Assembly (NCBI GenBank): GCA_024137785.1
Contig: JAHRHZ010000282.1
Span: 1 to 64,000 of the forward strand
DNA length: 64,000 bases
DNA from: Ginglymostoma cirratum
Lineage: Eukaryota
Reading direction: 5' to 3'
Shown here: in pieces, positions 25,647 to 39,109 of the stretch
Layout of the letters: each line of letters starts with the position of its first letter
How positions within the stretch are numbered: position 1 is the first letter of the stretch
Made by a program: the position numbers and the translations under genes
The notes under the pieces: generated by a model
What the model saw: only the letters and a program-made list of their open reading frames with translations
Databases searched by the model: none
What the model was told of the DNA's origin: nothing

Positions 25647-27140
25647 TCATCCTGATGGAAGAAAAACAACATGACAAAATCGTTTGCACCCACTAAGAGT
25701 TGTGAAGGGAGACAATAGAACCTTTCTCAGCTCGTCTCGGAATTTCTTCTGGGATATTGCATAAATGAAGACGTTGTTGCACGAACTGAGTATCTGCAGC
25801 ATGTTGGTCGTCTCTTGGAGAATGAATTGTGGGTCAGTGAAATCCAAGCCACTGAAGTATGTCTCACCAGTAACCCGCACATAGAGGAATCGCCCGACAT
25901 AGGTGACCCATAGAAGGAGGAAGCTCAGCGAGATAGTGAAGAGCAAGACAATGGACCTCTTGCGGTTGGCCATCTCTGGGTCCCCGTGGCTCGTCCTGCC
26001 CCGGAGCTTCCTTCGAGCACTGCTGGCCACTAAGATGGATTTGACAGTCAAGACATTGAGCAGAAAAATAAGGAGGAATGGGAGAACAGGCGTCAAGATG
26101 TGATTCAGCCAGTCATAGGATTTCCATGCAAGTGAGTTATAGTATGTATCTCTGAAGTCACAGAACCAGGACACCCCGTCCACAATGTACAAGGGCTGGT
26201 AGACGAAGTAGGAAGGTAGGTTCTTGACGCAGCTCAGGACAAAAACCACTCCGATGAACAATAAGGCCGTTTTCTCGGTGCAGTATCTGGTCTTCAGACT
26301 CTGGGAGCAGATGGCGACAAATCGGTCAATGGTAAAGGCCACTGTGAGCCAGACTGAACCATCTCGGCTGGCATAGATCATCACAGTGCTGAGTGCACAG
26401 GCGTTTGTCGTGGACAGGGCACTGTGCCGGAAGTAAATGCCACCAATCCGATTTAGGATGCATCCAGTGATGATAACCAGAAAATCGCTCACTGCTATCC
26501 CCACCAAATAATAAATTGTACACCGAGAGAGTCCACATCGTCCTCGTAATAGTACAACGATCGCCAGCAAGTTGGCTGTGAGAAATTGCAAACTATTATT
26601 GAGCTGGCTTGAGTAATCATTACATACAGTTTTAAGCTTTAGCGTAATTACAGATCTGCAATAATTTTCTTTGAAATACTCTAGAAATCTGTGCATGAAA
26701 CTGTCGAACACAATGATAGCTGATTATTCCATATAACCCCAAAAACTTTAGATTGTAGTTTCCAGCATTGCAACAGAATTTAATCTTGAGCAGCGTATCT
26801 GATCAATATTCAGTCAATGCTATCCATTACAATCCACAAATCAATAATGTGATAAACAATTGTTTCATAAATTCTCAGTCTAACAGGTGGGATATAATCT
26901 TGCTGCATCTTAAAAATGTTAAGTACAACTCAACATTCCCCGTACGTATATCGTGATCTGGGCTGAGGTCCCTTCAGCTGGGAATATGAGAAAATTCAAA
27001 AGGTGTTCTTGAAATGGAACAGAAAGATTTTGTCGCACTTAAAAACAAATATTTCGAACCTGTTACTTACCAGGGACACCAATAACTGCAAGAGCTGGAT
27101 AATAAATGGCATAGAACGGGCCATTTGCTGGGCCATGCAT
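25647..27140 (-). CDS. Intact two-exon class A GPCR, GPR139/GPR142-like orphan family (exon 1 27140-27071, exon 2 26575-25647; 332 aa)
   Basis: Exon 1 MHGPANGPFYAIYYPALAVIGVP-G|gtaagt splices in phase 1 to cag|CC-NLLAIVVLLRGRCGLS. Seven hydrophobic segments, SVWLTVAFTIDRFVAIC (DRY variant), TM7 NVFIY. Total 999 nt in frame. Confidence 0.9.
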
Positions 27141-27869
27141 CACTTGTAATGAACGAATGGAATTCTCGGAAGTCCTCACCTCAGCTCTGAGTCACAGTTA
27201 AACGTCTCTCATTTATGCAACATCAGGGTCTCTGGAGGAACAATTAAATGGGTACATGTACCTGGCTTTCAGCTCCGTGAACAAACAGCATAAATCATGA
27301 TTTCATGTCTTCTATGTAACACCCGTAAGATGCACAATTACATACACTTTTTACCTGAACAGTTATCTAGAAATTCTGAAGCTCCCTTTCACATGTTTTG
27401 ATGTCTCTGTTAAACTGAGTGCCGATGGCAAAATTGGAGCTGAGGCCTTATGCCTAATTTGAATGAAATCTCAGACGTTAGCTGCGAGTATCCCAAGTGT
27501 TTCATATCTTTAGCTGTCAGATTAGTTAAATATTTTCGTTCTACGGTGCTGCTATATTAACATTCGTCTACATTTACAATTGAACAGTTTGAAATAATGG
27601 TTTATCAATATGGTAATGATGTCTGAGGAGGAGGCAGCGCTTGTAAATTCTTTGGCATATGAGAACAGAATATTTCTTGCTCAAAAGGTTGATACATCCC
27701 TGCCCGAGATGGGCTGCATTCCACAGTCTTGAACGAGGTGGCTGGAGAGATCATCAGTGCAATGATTGTCATCGTTGGAAGCTCGAGAAATTCCATACAT
27801 TTACCTGGGGATTAGAAAGACACCATGGTTTAAGAATGGCGGGCAAAGAAGTCATTGTCTAAGACCTGT

Positions 27870-28680
27870 TCAGTGTCAGCAATGGGGAAATTGTCAAATC
27901 ATATAAAAATACAAGTGATAAGTAGGCACTTCGAAAATAACTACATAATTGCGCTGAGTCAATATGGAGTTATAAAAGGGAAAACAGTTTTGCCAAACTC
28001 ACTCGAATTTGTTTGAGACAGTTATATGGAAATCCAATAAATGTATACCAAAAAGGTTTATTCAAACTTCTGAAAGCTCTGGATAATATTGGACAAGGAA
28101 TTCGGAAAGCAAAATTAGAGAATGCGAGATTGATGTTGCTATATTGCCACTAATTAATACAGGGAAATCAAACAGCAGAAATAAATTGACTATTTTGAGG
28201 TCGGCCAACTATTAATAGTGGGAGCGCCACAATCATCTTCATCGGGAAACAAAGATTGACATTCGAGATCATGGTTGGATGTGGGAAGCAATCACAAGAT
28301 TTCTAATTTTATTGATGTCATAAAACTGGGTGGTAATGTAATTCCCGTACGCCACAGGGAGGCTGAAATGGGGCCGAGACAAACTACCGAAATGGGAATG
28401 AACCTGGCAGATGGTACATAATATATAAATTGTGACGTTATCCACATTAGTAGTTAACACACTAGGTTGAATTTTTCTCACATTGTGAATTATGGGAAGC
28501 ACGGGCGTTTAAAGGCACCTGGGGCTCCTTCTTCATGACTCACTAGAAGCTCGCACTCTGGTGAAGGATGCAATTAGGTCAGCAAATGAAAATTTGGTCT
28601 TCATTACAAGATGAATTGAATACAAGATTGAAGATATCTTGCTGAAGTTGTACACAGCCTTGATGTAATTCTGGGACCTC
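27870..28680 (+). mobile_element. Old CR1 remnant
   Basis: Degraded SQYG..KGK..L.EF and ..LYTALM-type segments. Confidence 0.55.
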
Positions 28681-30522
28681 AGCAAAAGGCCAACACAGAT
28701 TGGCCACTTCGCACTCCTGGGTAAAGTTGGGTGCAATGAGTTGAAACTTGCCTTCAGCACTGACTTTCCGGCCTCCTCCAGTTTTGACTATAGGGAACTT
28801 CTCTGCACCTACCTCATGTGCACCAGATTAGGCATCATTAACGATTTCTTCATGTCTGTGTAAAAATAAGTGCAAATTTCACTTTTTTAAAAGCAATTTG
28901 TCTCCATTCGGCTGGATCATAATTTAGACTGGAATAATCTGAAAAAAAGAACAATCATTTTGGATTCACTTTTCTCCAAAATTAATGTAATGTAACTTGG
29001 CAATGAAATGTGGGCCCTTGTTAATGTTGAGACAAGCCCTGATTTCATTGCACGAAATCTCTGGACTCTGCCTGTGTTGGTTTTTCACCTAGCCTTGAGT
29101 ATTATTAAGCAATGAATAGTATCTGAGATTCATCTAGGATATTCTGCGTTTGCTTGCATTTTAACTGACTCTGATGATGTGGTACCAATTGCTTACACTA
29201 AGTGAATTTCAGCAAGCACTAATTCTATCAATGTTGTACTCGTCCCCATTATTATTTAACTTTTGCCAGCATCCTTGATTTGTCGGCATGGTTGTGTGAG
29301 TGTTAGTAAGGCCTGGTAATTGTTTCACGAATCCCTGTCTCCTTCTTTAATAATTTAGCTATGGTGTTTCAACAAACCCTAATTTAAACAAATCTGAATA
29401 TTCCACCCCACTCCCTCGTACGTTGCACATATGTCTGTGCCTCGGATTGTATTCTTTAAGAAGAGGAGTATGGTTTTAATCATCCCGATCTCCTTGAACG
29501 TTCCATTAACCTCATACTGTGCAAACATTGCTGTGGTTCTTCAAGTTATCTTTCTCTTTGGCATAATTGTACATGTTTGTACTTCTTGATTATTATCGAG
29601 GTTCGATCTCACTTTCTGTTCACAGAATCTTTGAGTCATACAGCATAGATGCAGCCGCCTCAGTCCACCATGTCCACATCGATCATGTTCTCAAACTAAA
29701 CTTGCCCCACCTGCCTGCATTTGAAACATATCCATCCAAACCTTTCCTATTCACGAACGTACCTAAGTATCTTTTCAACGTTGTAATTGTACCTGTATTC
29801 GCCTGATGATTTTCATAGAAGTCTGGGGCTCCTTGGGTAATTCCATAGACACCAGTCAACGGTATGCTGCATAAAACTGTCTATCTTTAAAATTTAATGA
29901 TGTCTCAAGTATTGCCGCATTAATTCCTGTTTCTGCTTATGCAAAAATCCGAGTATCCACAGTTCTTGCAAACGAGACCGTATCATTTTTTCATTGCACA
30001 GGCATCATGTTAATTCAATAATAGTGTTAAAGAGACACAATACTACTTCAATGTTTGTAGCTGAATTGTTTTAAACATTGATTAGGCGCTGGGAAAATCT
30101 CCATGTCTGTACGATCAGAAACTACTTTGTACAATAGAGGAATGAAACAAAATAAATATCCTTTTTCAGTTGCTCGTTTCCAACTGCATTGACTAAGAGC
30201 AAAATGTACCTTTCCCTGCGCTGTCGCATGAAAAATAGATGAGAATATGAAACAGGAAACAGCTACAGGATAAGTTCCAGGATAACTTTATGATCAAAGT
30301 TTCACAGAAAATTACAGCTCTGTTCAAGTACAGGGATATTTTGTTTTGGGCAGGGCTGATTATGTACAAAATTTTGGAACCAGAACTCGCTGTTGTAAAA
30401 AATTGTAATTCTTGAAATTGCACATGTTTGACGCGTTTTAGTAACAGATTGAAATGTTCTCCTTGCCTTGAATTCGATTCCACAGTTGCTGTCTTGTCGT
30501 CCCTCAATCCTCGGAACGAATA

Positions 30523-30706
30523 AGTTCTTGTACAGCTTCATACTCTTTGTTTCGTTGTGTTTCACGGCACTGTCATACATTGAAGCATCTGACAGCTGGG
30601 CTGTGTTAACAGTGAGAGTGGTGGAGCCTTTCTCACCATTCTCAGATCCTTTAAACATTGCTTCAATGCTTTCATCCTTAAATGTTGAGACAATGTCTTC
30701 AGGAGC
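30523..30706 (-). pseudogene. 5'-truncated TCR V pseudogene with degenerate RSS
   Basis: APEDIVSTFKDESIEAMFKGSENGEKGSTTLTVNTAQLSDASMYDSAVK, then CACAACG - 21 bp - ACAAGAACT. The 5' part is replaced by a SINE. Confidence 0.75.
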
Positions 30707-31040
30707 GTGATTGGTGAACTGACTTACAGCGCCTGGGATGTGGGCTCAATTTCGGACTCGGGCGACTCTCTGTGTGGAGTTTGCACATTCTCCCCCTGTC
30801 TGCATGGGTTTCCTCCGGGTTCTCTGGTTTCCTCCCACAGTCCAAAGTTGTGCAGGTTACGTGGAATTGCCATGATAAATTGCCCTTGGCGCCCAGGGGT
30901 GTTTAGGTTAGGTGGGTTAGATAAGGGAAATGTCGGGGTGGGGCAATAGGTCAGGGTGGGGTGCTCTTTGGAGGGGTGGCGTGGACTTGTTGAGATGAAT
31001 GGCCTGGTTCCACGCTGTAGGGTTTCTATAATTCAATCTA
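30704..31040 (+). mobile_element. tRNA-derived HE1/V-SINE-like element
   Basis: B-box-like head followed by TGTGTGGAGTTTGCACATTCTCCCC..GGGTTTCCTCCGGG..GGTTTCCTCCCACAGTCCAAAG core and a CR1-like tail. Confidence 0.75.
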
Positions 31041-31314
31041 TCTATTACTTATGTAGCATAGCTCTCTGTTGTGACATGCTAAAGGCAAAGACATTTTTAT
31101 TTCCATCACTTTATTCCAAATGTAAGATACTTCCCACACTTTGTCTGGAATAAATAGGTTTTGTAGCTTCATCCCGATGGAAGCTTCAGGAACAGAAAGC
31201 GAGATTTTGCAATATCTCTGTCATTTGTAATCCTTAGCTCATAGAAAATGTTAAATGTGCCAGCAGAGACACGGCACTGCCAAGATATTTCACAATGGGT
31301 TTCACACTTTGTCT

Positions 31315-31729
31315 CACTGTGCCTGCTTTGTACAGCAGTACATTATGTCATCGAGATCACGGTGCCATCTACACAGATGACGTTAGACGTATTCGATTGG
31401 TGAATGGACAGCGTGTGGTGGTCAATAGACTCATTGCCCTGGTGTATGGAACTGATCAATGTCAGAGCCCCTGTCATTGTTTGACTGTACCAGGCTACCG
31501 TGTCTGTAGTACCAAGGGAGAGCTGTCAGTCCGGTTCAACACGGTCGCATTCTATAGATGCTACGTGATCTATCTGTCTGCTTTGATCCTCACACTGGAC
31601 AGCTGCAAAGAAAGAAGCGTTACTCAAACAGTAGGAGATATTACGGGATTGGTAAAACAAGTCGTCTGGTTAGAAGAATAAAGTCACAAAACATCAAGAA
31701 CATCAGAGTTCCAACTGGAAAAAGGTCAT
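31315..31729 (-). pseudogene. TCR V pseudogene (decayed leader ~31686-31729, V exon 31322-31602)
   Basis: ctttgcag|VQCEDQSRQ..D*QLSLGTTDTVAWYSQ..LTLISSI..DLDDIMYCC, then a perfect CACAGTG at 31315-31321. Stops, a frameshift and a poor nonamer. Confidence 0.7.
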
Positions 31730-32738
31730 TGCAGATCTTTGTGTTCATGACGATGAAAACAGACAGGAGGCGAATTAATCAGGCTCTGGTTTCTGTACCA
31801 GAACGCAATGCTGAGAACAAAACTCTCAATGGTGGTGATGGGGAAGCAGAGAGGAGAACTTTAGATTCTCTTGCCACAGAGACATTATGACTGGCGGAAT
31901 CTTCAACAACATTATTATGCGACATTGTTACTAGACCTCATTTAGCATCATACTCAGTGGCTGGTATGCTCCAAATGTGGAGCCTTTGAAAAAACAAGGG
32001 AAAAAGCACGCGCTCTCTCTCTCCCTCTCTCTCTCTCTGTGTCTACCCTAGCTGTCTTTCTCTTTGTCCCCGTCTCTGTTTCTCTCACACTCACTTCTCT
32101 CTCACTGTAGGATAGCGGATTCAATTCTACATGCAGAAATGATCTCCGTCATATTTCCAACTGAATTAGTCATTGCCATTTTGGAATTATTGAACCTGAT
32201 GTAAATTGTTGTTTTTTCCTGAATAGCTGTCACAGAATCCCTGAAAACTTTCACTGCTTTGCCTTTAATTATGTGCCTGCTGACTGTTCCCTTTCCTTAC
32301 TTACCCAGTCCATATTTGGCTTCCTTTCCATATGGCTTTAGTAATTATTACTTCATTCGATTTAAAGAAACAGAAAGATCATTTATCGATGGGCTTTTAA
32401 CACGTAATCTCAGGGTAAACTCCACAATGGCATTCACGTCACCTGCTGGTTGAGTTGGCCTAATCTGTTAAACAGTGTATTCACTCCCAGGATTACTTGT
32501 ATAGTGCTCATTGCCAAACATTTTACTGCAGAGAGGATGCATATTTCAGCGAGACGTTTATCAGGGACAGTGATAGAGGTAAAAAAGATAAAGACAAAGA
32601 GGCACTGAGAAAACCAAAGAAATAATCAGATGACATTAAAGTCTTCAGTTTTTTTTTTGATTGGTGTGTAGCTGTCATTTGTTGTGACAGAGCAGCCAAT
32701 TCTGCCTCTAGGAGGTACCTGTCAGTAAACCAGGCACC

Positions 32739-33205
32739 ATGTCCTGCTTATATTATTTACAGATATAAATGACGTTACTAACTGGTGAGTTTGGTTTAAA
32801 TAGTTGGCGTGTCTTTCAGGCGTTATATTTACGCTATGACTGCTGAGACATGGTGCATGCATGTCTCAGGCACTAGTTACAGTGACTCACTGTCGCAAAC
32901 TCCGCCTGATGTAACAGTACGGGAGGGAGAGAGCTTAAAACTAGACTGCCGTTAATCGATGATGACGCTGCTGGAGCCTGTCGTGATACATTCAGTGTTT
33001 CCTGAAAACTCTGAGATATTTACTGAAGTTACACAGAGTTGAGGATGAACACACGCCTACAGAATTACAAGACAATTTTTCACAAGGAAAATGAACTTGC
33101 TTTTTACGTAACTATAGGTCTTTTGTCTGTGAAAGTTTTGATTATTTGTCTGTTTTGAAGTCCTTACTATGCTCCAGCGTTACAGCGTCCACTGCACACA
33201 AGCCA
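32739..33205 (+). pseudogene. TCR V-alpha-like pseudogene (leader 32739-32784, V exon from 32870)
   Basis: 46-nt leader with TAA ending G|gtgagt; cag|TSYSDSLSQTPPDVTVREGESLKLDCR*..*YIQ..LRYLLK. CCAAT upstream; FR3 and RSS decayed. Confidence 0.75.
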
Positions 33206-33228
33206 ACTCTCAGAGTCCCAGCTAGTGT

Positions 33229-33242
33229 CCACTAGAGGCCCC
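33229..33242 (+). promoter_or_regulatory. CTCF-like motif
   Basis: CCACTAGAGGCCCC just 3' of the V pseudogene. Confidence 0.4.
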
Positions 33243-33499
33243 CCTCAATCCGATCAGCCGAGGAATTTCTCAGCCCCCGCAGTGAGTCTCAGGAACCTTC
33301 CTAAAAATCACAGGAGAAAACAAAACTCAACAGACATAGGCGGGAAGCACTCGCAATTTTATATTCATTGATTTTATTTATCACTTGCCATTAATAGATT
33401 TTCATCAATCTATTCGATCACTTTCGATGACATTTGATTCTTGTTTCTGTTTCTGTGCCTCCCAACTATATTATGCAGCAATACCCCATCTCCACTGAA

Positions 33500-33735
33500 G
33501 GTTTTGTGGACTCTTTGACGCCATCCTGTTCACGACGTTTAGTTGATCTGAGCCTGTTGCTCGATCAGAAACTGCTTATACACAGTAAGCAGATTTTGCA
33601 ATGGAGTGACTGTGATACCTAAAACAAAATCCACATGCAGATGATCTTCAGTGATCACTGATCTTCACTAATGCTCCGATATTACTGGAACGTTCCATTT
33701 CACGGTTAACAATCTGGATTTTGCGGATGAAGATT
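33500..33735 (+). pseudogene. Possible decayed V relic
   Basis: gaag|GFVDSLTPS, *YLKQ..MQMIFSD, TGTFHFTVNNLDFAD in shifting frames. Confidence 0.3.
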
Positions 33736-34169
33736 AACAAATGAGGATATCAGCAATACTCATCTTTACCCTGTTCTCTAGCCTCAGGACAGCAATTGAA
33801 ACTCTGTTTATCACATTGCCATTCAAGTGTAATCAGCTCCCCACTGAAGATTTCCCAGTCCCAGAGAGGCACAGGTATCGATTCGAGGACTTCCTGAGAC
33901 ATGGCAGCAAATAATAGAAGGCGGAAACGAGAGCCGTTCTCCTCACATATAGTTCTCTGATGGATCGATCAAGCTGAGTGAATGCTGGACATCATTTTCA
34001 GACTTGCTTCAGGAAGCAGTCCTGTGATTGTTCTAAATTGTGTTAATTTGAATACAGGATATTGTTGCAATTAGCAGCTGCCAGCGCATTGAACATTGTA
34101 ACTACATCCCCCCGAGATTCTACAAAACGATTCTAAAGACTGGAGCTCTACCCACGTCAGTCCCAAATT

Positions 34170-34442
34170 TCTGACGGAAAGGGCTGTTTTCCACGCCTCA
34201 GAGATTTGTAACAGACAGAAGCTGCAGTTGAGGTGGAGAAACAACAGTCCAGTCGAGGTCTGGAGCTCGATCTGTTTTTTCCTGAGCCACTTCTGCGCTT
34301 TATATATACTGACTCTGGCTGTTGACAGCCCGAGCGTAAAATATTGTCACTCATTATGGATACAGCTTGGAGACACCGCTTCTCCTTCTGCATCAACATC
34401 TGAGAGGAACAGCTGAGTCACCGAATCGCCATGGCACAGATA
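34170..34442 (-). pseudogene. TCR V-alpha-like pseudogene
   Basis: LCHGDSVTQLFLSDVDAEGEAVSPSC..QPESVYIKRRSGSGKNRS..LLQISEA. Acceptor and RSS lost. Confidence 0.65.
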
Positions 34443-36746
34443 TTGAGAAAAAACAGGTTTGAACAAAAAACATGAAGGGAGTGATGAGTGCTCAAAAATC
34501 GGATTTAAACGATTTGGAAAACGATGTTTTGCTAATTATGACCTATGACCTATTCACACAAAACTTTCAGAGGCAAGGCTTCTCCAGGACATTGATAAGA
34601 AATTGCTTATTTCATTTACACTGGAGTCTCACTGTCTCACTTCCAGAGATATTCATCGTCTCGAGAATGACGATCGTTGTCAGTTGGATTTATTCCACTG
34701 ACGTATAGACAGGGTGAATTTTTCCAGATTAAACTCCGCGTGAGATTTTCTTCATTATTAATCTAAAAGGGGAATTCTGCAATTCATCATTCTGTTTCAT
34801 TCAGGAGCGCTGGAGGAACTTTACTGAAAAGAAAATACTGCGCAAGCATGCTGTCATGGGTCCACCTCCCCTCAAGTTGTCACAGTGCTGGGGGTCTGGC
34901 ATTACATGTCAGCTCGACCAGACCAGGTAAAGACTATAGCTTCCTTAACTAAAGGACTCTTTCATGACAAATGATTCGTGATAATCATTAATTCTTAGTC
35001 CTCACGTTTTTCTTGAGTTGAATTTCACCATGTCAGAACTTGAACCGGGCCCCCTGGATTAATAGATCAGCGACAATACCACGAGACCATCGCATCCCTG
35101 CAGTGATCTGAGTTCGGCGAAACCCATATATATGATGTCAGAGATGCTGACAGATAAGTTTGAGGTTGAGTGTCGTGATGCATGAAATGTTATCTGAAGA
35201 TCTGCATTTTGAAATGGAAAGTTTGTGGGGCCACAGGGATTTTTGTGTGGAATGGAATTAATGGACGCGTCATGCTTGGGCAATTTGAGTGCATACATTA
35301 ACTTTGTAACAAGGTAATCTGCAGCAAAATGAAGGAAAGGGGCGGACAAATAGGGGGACTTGAGAGTAGGACTAATGGCGATATGAAGAATTGCTTATCA
35401 TGGATGGAAGACAGTGTGCTAAAATGTTTGGTAATCCATTTTAATGAGTGTGACCAGCTCAGCATGTGACAATTATCCGAGACTCAACTCTATTCCTCAA
35501 GCCCTCAAAACATTTCTGCCGACACGTAAGAGTGAGATGGAAGCATCAGGTGCGAGACAACTTACTGAAGGCAGGGTTTTATAATGGGTATCTTCAAATA
35601 TCTGATTCCCTTGCTGCACAGTGGATGGTGCAATACAGCCAGTCAGCATCTGGTTTAACTGTGGAGGAATTCTAACAAGTAAGTATGAAGGAAATACAGT
35701 TCACATTTCTTTTCAAGTTGTATTTTGAACTTGCTCCATGCTGACAGTTTGGTTTCTTATCTTGACTTATTTCCTCATCTCTGCGAAATAAGGGCTTAAA
35801 ATTGTGTTTGTCAATATCAATAAATACAAGAATGGGCAATCAAGTGGGGCACCTGCACGATTAGGAATGTTCACTTGTGTAAAAGAGAGCGAAACAGACA
35901 ACCAGTGATGGCCAGACACGTAAATTAGTTAAAAAGCTCAACTTTGACCAAAAATTTGGATTCTCCCTTTCTCAAAACTGTAAAATAATATCCAGTAAAA
36001 TGAATTGATAGTGAAGAAACTATGAGTTCAACGAAGAATCCTGAAGAAGTGACACTGAGCTCAACTTTCTCTCCACGGTTGTTAACAGATCTGCTGATTT
36101 TCTTTAGCAAATCAATCTTTTTTGTTGGTGCTTAGTTGAAAAAAAAAAGATGAAGATAAAACAAAATTCTAATCCAAGGGTAATCAACAGGAGAAGGGAG
36201 TGTAAAATGCACACAGTCAACAAGGAAAAACTCACATCATTATCGATGACACAGGTGAAATGCTTGGACTGGGTTGTAGGTCTTCTTTAGCAGCATGTTC
36301 CATTGCAGACTTCGTGAAATAGAGAGTATGATGGATCGAAATGATAGCCCTGAAAAGTGAAAGAACGTCAAGAATGGAGACAAAAGTGAAACAAGTCTGG
36401 AAGGAAGGGAATGAGTAAGCAATGGGAATGTATGGGAAAAAGTAGAAAGAAAATAATCAGGAGGGAAAGAAATGAATCAACAAATTCTAGCAGGACGAGA
36501 CAAGTGGGGATTGAAAACAGGCAAGGTGGACAGAAATCCCATGTTCACCTCTGGTCCAGCAGTCAAGCGTGTCCAATAATTCTGCATTCCCTCAGTATGA
36601 GTAATAGAGAAGAATGGGTTTTATATCTCTTTATGACTGGAAAATCCATTTTATCAGATTACTGAATCCAAAGTATATGGGAAAAGTGAGCACTGGGTCA
36701 CTTTGGTGGGAATAAAAACAATGTGAAGGGATTTTCCAACCTCATA

Positions 36747-37930
36747 TCATTTCAAGAAAGTGGCGAGAGTGGCGACGGGGTATATCAGAACTGTCTTCAG
36801 CTCCCCTCGATACATACTCTGAGACACTGCATAGATGAAGACGTTGTTGCAGGAATGAAGTAAACACAATGGTTTGGGTATCTCTTGGAGGTTGTACTGA
36901 GGATCATTGAAATTCAGCCCACTGAAGTAACATTCAGCTTTAAGTCGCATGCAAATAAAATGTCCGACAAGGAGGGACCAGAGGAGGAGGTAGCTTAGCG
37001 AGTTGGCAAACGGCACGGCAATGGGCCTCTTGTGGTTGGCCATTTCTGGTCTCGTCAATTCTCGGCGCCCCAGAGCCTCCTCAGTGTTCTGTTCGCCGCT
37101 GGATGGGTCTTATTGTAAGGAAGTTACGCAGCAGGAAGAGGAAGGACGAGACAAAAGGAGAATTTCTGTGAAAGAAACAACCATAAGCCTGACAAGCTGG
37201 CCAGATGTAGAAGTTGGCTTTGAAACTGCAAAACCAGGGTACCTCATCCAAAATGAAAAAGGATTGGAATGCAAACTAGTGAAGGGATGTTCTTGATAAA
37301 GGTCAGGGCACAGATCGGTCCAATGATCAGTGATGCAGTTTTCTTGGTGCAGTGTCTGGTTTCCAGCTTCTGGTGGCAGATGATCATCAAACAGTCAATG
37401 GCAAGGGCGACTGTCAGCCAGACAACGGAATCAATGGTGGAATAGACCATCAAGACGCTGAGAGCGCACACAGTCGTGATGGCCAAGATACTTTCCCGGA
37501 TGATGATTCAGCTGATTCGGTTGACGATGACTGTGGTGACAAGAATGCTTGTGATGACAAGGAAATCACTCACTGTGATCGCCACCAGGTAGTAAGTGAT
37601 GCAACCGGAGAGACCGCACCATCATCATGTTGGATGAGGAACGATAGCGAGTTCATTGTGAGTTATCAAAAGAGACAGACATTAGTGAGCTCACTCTAAA
37701 CACTGGCTGTTCTCTCCTGCAAACTTTTACAATCTCCAACAATTACATTGCCCCTTCCAGTCTCCGCCTATTTTGGATCTATTGACAAGAGTTGCATATT
37801 CAGTGCAGCTTAACACAACTTTATAACACATCTGTTCTTGCGATCAGACCTGGGAGTAGATATTCTCTGTTCACCGAGTAAATGCCAGTGGCAACTCGGC
37901 CAATTCAGGATAAATGGAATAGTGTGGTGC
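36747..37930 (-). pseudogene. GPR139-like GPCR pseudogene, paralog of 25647-27140
   Basis: VWLTVALAIDCLMIICHQKLETRHCTKKTA; PEMANHKRPI..YFSGLNFNDPQY.LQE..SCNNVFIYAVSQ in different frames. Decayed exon 1 at about 37874-37930. Confidence 0.88.
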
Positions 37931-39109
37931 CCAAGAACTAACTTATTCCAAGCACCAGCCACCCTTCAAACCATAACATGGTGACCAAAATTGGCTCCTC
38001 ACCAGTGATGCATCAAACTTTACAATCTCATGTTTCTCAATTGCAGAAGCTCCAGCATCTCTCCACAACCATTCCAGTAATATCAAACAACTGTCTGAAA
38101 CCTCATTTTAGCTTCTGTTCTGTTTCCCTCGTATCCCTCACATTGGCACTTCTAACTAGATTTAATGAGTAAAGCCCTCATCGTTGGAATTATCACTTCA
38201 GCTGCTCCGCTTCTGTCACCTCTTTTCAGACGTTCCTTTGATCAAACATTTTGGCAATATTTCATATTCTTCGGACTAAATTGGTTTTCTAAATTCTTCT
38301 GGCGTTTTATACATGCAGTGACGTGGCTCTAGACGAAGTGTGCCTTTTCTGGCTTTTATTTAAAATACAAATATCCAAAATTGTGAAACGTCGCAGCAGA
38401 GAAGCAAATTAACAACAGCTTAAAAGTCTTGCATTTTTGGACTAAACTCTAATTAATTTCAAAGACTACATTAATAATGGTGCCGTCCATTAGGAACGCT
38501 ATTATATCCTAACATGGAACGCACTGTACACTCATGTGATCACCGAATGTACGTTTACATGACAAACCATCTCATAAGATACGGTCACAAAGTAAATCAT
38601 ATTCAAATATTGCAATGAGACCCATGAAAAGTAGGCATTTTACAACAATGATAAACTTTTAATCCAACAATGGATTAAAACGCTCGTCTGCATTTTACTG
38701 AATTATAATGGAACCTAATCTGTGACAATAATACAGTTTAATGTTCATGCAAGTTCATTCGACACAATTCGTAGTTCAGCGTCTAATCGAGAAAATTTTC
38801 CATAAATACACCAGATACAAAATTCAAGAGCAACTTGCCTTTCATTACAATGAAATTATAATTAATGCACCAGAACAAAAATAGTATCTAATAATGGAAG
38901 AGATGCACTGGTGACTGGTTGAAGTCCCTTAAAATCAAAACGTTGCATCTTGGAAAAATTCTGCCGAATCATGAAAGGGAAAGGAATAAATTGATAGAAA
39001 TAGACAAATATGACAAGAATTTTCTGGAGATTCAGTGACTGACCAGGGGCAGTACTTACAGTGAGAATTGATTTGTTAATGCTAGAGAAGGGAACAATGA
39101 CTGTTACAG

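Noticed and set aside
26576-26711. N-terminal extension of the 354-aa GPCR ORF (MFDSFMHRF..)
   Set aside because: Intron read-through; the true TM1 start is in exon 1 at 27140-27071.
35617-35690. Perfect CACAGTG and a nearby GTAAGT donor
   Set aside because: No nonamer at a valid spacing, no V upstream and no J motif.
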